A stretch of 64,000 bases of DNA from NCBI GenBank assembly GCA_036494815.1, contig DASXNV010000030.1, forward strand, positions 44,858-108,857, written 5' to 3'. The stretch is from Caulobacteraceae bacterium. GTDB lineage: Bacteria; Pseudomonadota; Alphaproteobacteria; Caulobacterales; Caulobacteraceae. Both the position numbers and the translations under genes were made by a program. Positions 58,647 through 64,000 of the stretch are shown here, piece after piece; position 1 is the first letter of the stretch; every line of letters starts with the position of its first letter. The notes beneath the pieces are model-generated. The model saw only the letters and a list, made by a program, of their open reading frames with translations, ran no database searches and was not told the DNA's origin.

Positions 58647-59233
58647 GGCAGGTGCGCGCCCGCCGGCCCGACCGGAAACCACGCGCCGTTGGAGGCTACG
58701 CCCAGCCGCGGGCCGCCGGTCGTCTCGCGCTCCTGCGCCAGCTCCACCAGCTCATAGAACACAGGCCGGGCGATACGCGCCTCCAGGCCCCGGCGCACGT
58801 GCAGATAAGGCCGTGGCTCGCCGGTTATGGGATCGGTCTCCACGCGGATGGCGTTGTCCGGCCCCGCCTCGACCTCGTCGCCCACATTGGTCAGGAACCG
58901 CAGCGCCTCGCCGACCCGGTCCACCCGCACGGCGATGAAGGGCGCATCCTCGACGGTGATGCGCATCTTCTCCACCGGCGTGACCAGGTGAAAACCGTCG
59001 GGGTCCTTGCGCAGAACGGTGGAGAACAGGCGCACCAGGGCCTCGCGGTCGATGGGCGCGCCCTCGTGGAACCACCGACCATCGCGGCGGATGACGATGT
59101 CGATATCGCCGCAATGGGCCGGGTTCCACAGATGCACCGGCGGCAGGCCGCGTCCCGGCGCCTGTTTGGCCGCCGCGATCACGCCCTCCAGGCCACCGGA
59201 CAGGGCCGTGGCGCTCTCATTCCCGCTGGTCAT
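58643..59233 (-). CDS. DUF1285 domain protein
   Basis: I..DG.WFHEG.PI.R..LV.LFS.VL..D..G.HLVTPVEK motif. It has the usual position upstream of the CoA-Nudix gene and cca. Confidence 0.8.
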   Translation of the reverse strand: MTSGNESATALSGGLEGVIAAAKQAPGRGLPPVHLWNPAHCGDIDIVIRRDGRWFHEGAPIDREALVRLFSTVLRKDPDGFHLVTPVEKMRITVEDAPFIAVRVDRVGEALRFLTNVGDEVEAGPDNAIRVETDPITGEPRPYLHVRRGLEARIARPVFYELVELAQERETTGGPRLGVASNGAWFPVGPAGAHLP

Positions 59234-59282
59234 GGAACAAATCTAGTGCGCTTCGCCGTCAACGCACCTGGAAACTGGAAAT

Positions 59283-59810
59283 TCACCAGCCGGGTTCGGC
59301 CAGGCCGGCCAGATCCTCGAGCGCGCCGGGCTTGAGGGCGCGCGCCAGGACCCGCCGCGCATCCACCGGGCCGGGCAGGATCACGCGCCCAGGAGGGACC
59401 ACGTCGAAGCTGTGGGGGCCAAAGAACGGCATGTCGCCCACGAGCAGGATCAGGTCGTGACCTGCCGTCAGCGCCGCCTCGCAGGCCCGCTCGACCAGGG
59501 CGCCGCCCAGGCCGTGGTGGCGCCAAGCCGGATCCACCGCGATCGGCCCCAGAAAGACGACCGGCCGCCCACCGACGCGGATCGGCCATTGCCGCACGCA
59601 GCCGGCCAAGATCTCGCCCGCGCAGGCCACGACGGACAGGTCGGCCAGCACATGGTTGGTCTCGCGCAGGCGCTCGGCGGCCTTGGCGAAACGGCCGGGG
59701 CCGAAGGCCGCATGGACCAGGCGCTCGATGGCCGCGGCGTCGCCGGTGGTTTCGGCGCGCAGCCGCGGAATGGGGGTGTTGCTGTCAGGAATGCGCGTTT
59801 GAACGGTCAT
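59283..59810 (-). CDS. GNAT family N-acetyltransferase
   Basis: The acetyl-CoA-binding region is GPIAVDPAWRHHGLGGALVE. Confidence 0.85.
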   Translation of the reverse strand: MTVQTRIPDSNTPIPRLRAETTGDAAAIERLVHAAFGPGRFAKAAERLRETNHVLADLSVVACAGEILAGCVRQWPIRVGGRPVVFLGPIAVDPAWRHHGLGGALVERACEAALTAGHDLILLVGDMPFFGPHSFDVVPPGRVILPGPVDARRVLARALKPGALEDLAGLAEPGW

Positions 59811-60057
59811 GGGATCAGGGGCTTCGGCAGAACGGGTCAGTTTTGATCCCGAATCGTGAAGCCCTTGCGAAGGCGTTCGAAACGGGAGGCGTCAGGCGCG
59901 GAGCGTGATCCGCATCGGCTGGCATCGTCGCAGGCGTCGCATGGTCGGCTGGGGTCCGATCCCGTTCGTCGAAGGCAGGCGCAATAGGGCCGATCCGCCC
60001 CGCCGTCAACGCAAAGCCAATTGCGACCCGGCGCCGCGCACGCCAAGATGGGCGCCG

Positions 60058-61311
60058 ATGACCTCCCCGATCCCTGCTTCCGACGCCGGCGCCGCAAGCC
60101 TCCTGCGCCAGCCGGCCTTTCTGTCGCTGCTCAGCGCCCGCTTTCTCAGCGTGCTCGCCGGGCAGGTCCAGAGCGTGACGATCGGCTGGCAGATCTACAC
60201 CATCGCCCGCCTGCACAGCGACGTGAAACACGCCGCCTTCGCCGTCGGCATGGTGGGCCTGGCCCAGTTCCTGCCGGTGTTCGCCCTGACCCTGGTGGCC
60301 GGAGAAATGGCCGATCGTCATGATCGCAAGCGGATCGCGGCCATCTGCACCGCGGCCCAGGCGGTGACCGCCCTGGTCCTAACCGTCCTCGCCTATCTGC
60401 ATCTGGGCCAGGTCTGGCCGGTCTATCTGGTCGCCGCCGCCTTTGGCGCCACCCGCGTCTTCCTGGCGCCCGCCACCACCGCCATGGCCCCCATGCTGGT
60501 GCCGCGCGAGCTGTTTCCCCGGGCCATCGCCTGGAGCTCGCTGTCCATGCAGGCCGCGTCGATCCTGGGCCCGGCCCTGGGCGGGCTGCTCTGCGCCGTC
60601 TCGCCGACCCTGAGCTACGGCGCGGCGGTGGGGCTTTATCTGGCGGCCTGCCTGGCGATGCTGACCATCCGCGGGCGCACCCGGCCAGACGCCCAGCCGG
60701 GCTCGCGCTGGACATTGGTCAAGGAGGGCCTGACCTATGTCTGGACCAATCGGATCGTCTTCGGGGCCATCTCCCTGGATCTTTTCGCCGTGCTATTGGG
60801 CGGGGCCACAGCGCTGCTCCCCGTCTTCGCCCGGGATGTCCTGCACGTCGGCGCCCAGGGCTTTGGCTTGTTGCGCTCCGCCCCCGCGGTCGGCGCGGCC
60901 TGCATCGCCGCGATCCTGGCCGTGAAGCCGATCCGCCACAGGGCCGGGCTGTTCATGTTCACCGGCGTGGCCCTGTTTGGCGCGTCCACCGTGGTCTTCG
61001 CCCTGTCCAAGGTGCTGATGGTCTCGGTGACGGCCCTGGCTGTGCTAGGCGGCGCCGATATGCTCAGTGTCTATGTGCGCCAGACCCTGGTGCAGATCGT
61101 CACCCCCGACCCCATGCGCGGACGGGTGGCGGCGGTGTCGAGCCTGTTCATCGGCGCCTCCAACGAACTGGGCGAGTTCGAGAGCGGGATCGTCGCCCGC
61201 CTGCTCGGCCCCGTCGGCTCGGCCCTGTTCGGCGGGATCGGCGCCCTGGCGGTCACCGGCCTGTGGGCGCGGATGTTCCCGGCGCTGCGCAAGGCCGACC
61301 GGCTGGGTTAG
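60058..61311 (+). CDS. MFS transporter (EntS/DUF894-like)
   Basis: Start at MTSPIP. F..LL.ARFLS.L..Q.Q.V.IGWQIY and GE.ADR.DRK motifs. About 12 TM helices. Confidence 0.85.
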   Translation: MTSPIPASDAGAASLLRQPAFLSLLSARFLSVLAGQVQSVTIGWQIYTIARLHSDVKHAAFAVGMVGLAQFLPVFALTLVAGEMADRHDRKRIAAICTAAQAVTALVLTVLAYLHLGQVWPVYLVAAAFGATRVFLAPATTAMAPMLVPRELFPRAIAWSSLSMQAASILGPALGGLLCAVSPTLSYGAAVGLYLAACLAMLTIRGRTRPDAQPGSRWTLVKEGLTYVWTNRIVFGAISLDLFAVLLGGATALLPVFARDVLHVGAQGFGLLRSAPAVGAACIAAILAVKPIRHRAGLFMFTGVALFGASTVVFALSKVLMVSVTALAVLGGADMLSVYVRQTLVQIVTPDPMRGRVAAVSSLFIGASNELGEFESGIVARLLGPVGSALFGGIGALAVTGLWARMFPALRKADRLG

Positions 61312-63617
61312 GGCGTAAGCATCAGTGGGCGGATCTCGCCCATCGGCAGGATGACCTTCAGCGGGGCCGACAGGGCGACCGAGATCCCCGCTTCGTCTGA
61401 CCGAACGCCGATGCGCCAGCTTTCGTCGACCACGGGCGCCGATTCGCCGTCGTCCTCGAAGAACCGATCTTCGAAGGCTCCTGGCCCCATGTGAGGAAAC
61501 ACCAGGACACCCCGCTCATGGCCAGGCTTGGCGAAGTGCTGCTCGGCGAGATTGACCGGGACAGCGCAACCCTCTCGGGCGAGGACAACAGGCCGGTTCC
61601 AAGGCGCGGGCCGGCTGACCGTCTGGCCGCCCTCGAATCGCTGGCCGGTCCACAGATCATACCAGCCGGTCCCGGCAGGCAGATAAACCTCGCGCGCGGT
61701 CACACTGGGCTCAACCACGGGCGCAACCAGCAGCGAGCGGCCGAGCATGAAGTCGTCGCTCTCGCGCCAACAGGCCGGATCGTCCGGAAAATCGAGGAAG
61801 GTCGGCCGCACGATGGGCTCGAAGGCCCGGTGATAGCGCCAGACCAGATCATAAAGGCAGGGAACCAGCCGCCCGCGCAGCTTGATCAGATCGCGCACCA
61901 CCGGGGTCGCTTGCGGGTGCATCCAGGGCTCGTTGACCGTGCCGTCGTCGTTCCACGAGTGGATTGAAAAGCGCGGCATGAACACACCGAACTGCACCCA
62001 GCGCACCAAGAGCTCGGCGTCCGGCGCCGGGCCGGAAAAGCCGCCGATGTCGTGGCCGATATTGGAGACCCCCGACAGGGCCAGGCCCAGCCCCATCTTG
62101 ATGTTGTATTTCAGGGTCTCCCACGAGGTCGCATTGTCGCCAGACCAGGTCTGGACATAGCGCTGCATGCCCAGGCCGCCGGAGCGTGACACCAGATAGG
62201 GCCGCTTGGCCGACGCATGGGTGAGTTGGGCGTCGCGGGAGGCGCGCATCATCATCAGGGTCTGAAGCGGCTTGAGCTCACGGGCGGCGCGGGGCTGGCC
62301 GAAGCCGTGGGCCAGGGCCTTGGGCGACCAGATCTCGAACTCGTTATTGTCGTTCCAGGTTGAGGCCAGGCCGACCTCGAGCAGGCTTTGCGTGACCCGC
62401 GCCCTCCACCAGTCGAGGGTCCTCGGGTTGGTGAAGTCGAGATAGGCGCCCAGCCCGTCCCAGAACTGCACCCAGGCCGGCTGGCCGTCGGCTTCGGCGA
62501 TCAACAGGCCCTGGCCCGCCGCCTCGTCGAAGCGCGGATTATCGGCCAGCAGGCAGGGCTTTATATTGGCGCACAGTCGTACGCCCTGGTCGGCATAGCT
62601 GCGGGCGAAGCCGGGCGGATCGGGGAATTTGTCGCGGTTCCAGTGGAACACGTGTCGCCGCGCGCCGATGGAGGTGTAGCCGGAGGACAGGTGGAAGCAA
62701 TCGCACAGGATGTCATGCTCGGCGCATTTGTCCAGGAAACCGGCCATCTGCGCCTGGGCGTCCGGCGCGTCGGTATAGGACATGGTCGAGCCGGAATAGC
62801 CCAGCGCCCACCGCGGCGGAAAGGCCGGCCGCCCCGTCAGCCAGGTCAGCCGCCGCACCACCTGATCCACCGCCGGCCCGGCGATGAAATAGTAGTCCAG
62901 GTCCCCATGGTCGGCGACGAAGTGGCGATAGAGGCCGTGATAGTTGTCCCGCTCCTGGCCGAAATCGAAGCTGGCGTCCGACAGAGTATCGTAGAGCAGG
63001 CCGAAGGCCAGCCCGGTGTCCGGTCGGGCTGTGACATAGACTGGCAGGTGCTTGTAGAGCGGGTCGCTGGTGCGGGCGTCGTAGCCCATGGCGTCCACAT
63101 TGGTCAGGCGAAAGCGGCGGCCGGCGCGGTCCATATCCCCGGTGCGCTCGCCCAGGCCATAATAGCGCTCTGCCGGCTCGCGGCGCAGATAGTGATAGAT
63201 CTTCTCGTCCCAGAAGCCCCAGTTATAGGCCTGGGTGGGCCGGTCACGGGCGGCGGGGAGCCACGCCTCGCCGACCTTGATCGACCAGGAACAATCAAAA
63301 CCCTCCAACCTCACGCTGAGGCGCACCAGAGCCGTCGATAGGCTCAGATGGGTCTCATCCTGTTCCAACTCGAACGCCGGCAGGGTGAAGCCGGTTAGGT
63401 CGAACCGGTCGCGGCCTTCCACTGGCGTATCGTCCAACCCCGGCGCGATAGCCCAGGTTCGGGGTTGGTCCAGGCGACCGCCGGGCAAGGCCATGACCCG
63501 CACCACGGCCTCTTCCAGCACGAACAGGTGGACGATGTCGCCCTGGCCGCTGGTCAGGGTCAACCGGCCCGGCGCCTGATCGGTCAGCTCAAAGCGCGGC
63601 GGGTGGGCGAGCGACAT
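61308..63617 (-). CDS. Glycoside hydrolase family 31 (alpha-glucosidase/alpha-xylosidase-like)
   Basis: The catalytic region STWNDNNEF matches the W.DMNE-type motif. WSGDN and GHDIGGF are also present. 769 aa. Confidence 0.9.
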   Translation of the reverse strand: MSLAHPPRFELTDQAPGRLTLTSGQGDIVHLFVLEEAVVRVMALPGGRLDQPRTWAIAPGLDDTPVEGRDRFDLTGFTLPAFELEQDETHLSLSTALVRLSVRLEGFDCSWSIKVGEAWLPAARDRPTQAYNWGFWDEKIYHYLRREPAERYYGLGERTGDMDRAGRRFRLTNVDAMGYDARTSDPLYKHLPVYVTARPDTGLAFGLLYDTLSDASFDFGQERDNYHGLYRHFVADHGDLDYYFIAGPAVDQVVRRLTWLTGRPAFPPRWALGYSGSTMSYTDAPDAQAQMAGFLDKCAEHDILCDCFHLSSGYTSIGARRHVFHWNRDKFPDPPGFARSYADQGVRLCANIKPCLLADNPRFDEAAGQGLLIAEADGQPAWVQFWDGLGAYLDFTNPRTLDWWRARVTQSLLEVGLASTWNDNNEFEIWSPKALAHGFGQPRAARELKPLQTLMMMRASRDAQLTHASAKRPYLVSRSGGLGMQRYVQTWSGDNATSWETLKYNIKMGLGLALSGVSNIGHDIGGFSGPAPDAELLVRWVQFGVFMPRFSIHSWNDDGTVNEPWMHPQATPVVRDLIKLRGRLVPCLYDLVWRYHRAFEPIVRPTFLDFPDDPACWRESDDFMLGRSLLVAPVVEPSVTAREVYLPAGTGWYDLWTGQRFEGGQTVSRPAPWNRPVVLAREGCAVPVNLAEQHFAKPGHERGVLVFPHMGPGAFEDRFFEDDGESAPVVDESWRIGVRSDEAGISVALSAPLKVILPMGEIRPLMLTP

Positions 63618-63627
63618 TGGCTAAGGT

Positions 63628-64000
63628 TCACCAGTTGTGCATGGTCCCGTCCTCCAGCCGGTTCACCGGCAGGCTGGCAGGGCGATAGGGGTATTGGGCG
63701 GCCAGGGCCTCGTCGATCTCGACCCCATGGCCCACGGCCTCGCCAGGATGCAGTTCGCCGTCCTTGAAGCTGTAGGCGTGGGGGAAGACCGCATCGGTCT
63801 CTGCGGTGTGGCGCATATATTCCTGGACCCCGAAATTGGGGACCCACAGGTCGAAATGCAGGGCCGCGCCCATGCAGGCCGGCGACAGGTCGGTGGCGCC
63901 GTGGCAGCCGGTGCGGACGTTGTAGAGCTCGGCCAGGCTGGCGATGCGGCGCAGATGGGTGATGCCGCCGGCATGGACCACGGTGGTGCGGATATAATCG
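63628..64000 (-). CDS. Enolase-superfamily dehydratase (ManD/RspA, D-galactonate dehydratase family), C-terminal part; 5' end lies outside the window
   Basis: ...[53 protein letters not shown]... The frame is open to the window edge. Confidence 0.85.
   Translation of the reverse strand, partial: DYIRTTVVHAGGITHLRRIASLAELYNVRTGCHGATDLSPACMGAALHFDLWVPNFGVQEYMRHTAETDAVFPHAYSFKDGELHPGEAVGHGVEIDEALAAQYPYRPASLPVNRLEDGTMHNW

Overview
This is a 64 kb, very high-GC stretch of chromosome with tightly packed genes. I call about 75 protein-coding genes, often with 4-nt start/stop overlaps. Gene content and order look alphaproteobacterial and Caulobacterales-like: bolA, J-domain gene, cobS...cobT; helicase, S4, fdxA, carD; petABC; lgt, MidA-like methyltransferase, pgeF; rplY-pth-ychF; DUF1285, CoA-Nudix, cca. 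That placement is an inference.

Almost everything is housekeeping:
- ribosomal proteins L28 and L25, Pth, YchF, Prs, ProC, IlvE, HemF, the cytochrome bc1 complex, Lgt, Apt, MTA phosphorylase, FolB and CCA-adding enzyme
- transporters PitA, NhaA and an MFS protein
- two two-component loci
- assorted hydrolases and oxidoreductases

I found no transposase, integrase, prophage, CRISPR array or recognisable defence island, and no convincing novel multi-gene system.

The most unusual element is a tRNA-Arg(CCU) gene at 16882-17174. It is interrupted directly 3' of the anticodon by a 216-nt group I (IC3-like) intron, and it sits in the only ORF-poor, lower-GC patch of the window, next to an AraC-type gene fragment.

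Secondary points of interest:
- a translationally coupled arsR-SRPBCC-clpP operon with a palindromic operator candidate
- a chromosomal parDE toxin-antitoxin pair with an operator-like inverted repeat
- cobS and cobT without any other cob genes, embedded among BolA and J-domain genes
- a terminator-like hairpin immediately in front of rplY
- two small ORFs absent from the supplied track
- short coding tandem repeats and a 22-bp tandem duplication
- a compositionally atypical 5' end of a hybrid histidine kinase gene

All product names come from motif recognition by eye. No database search was possible. Many long ORFs in the six-frame track are antisense shadow ORFs typical of high-GC DNA, and I rejected them.
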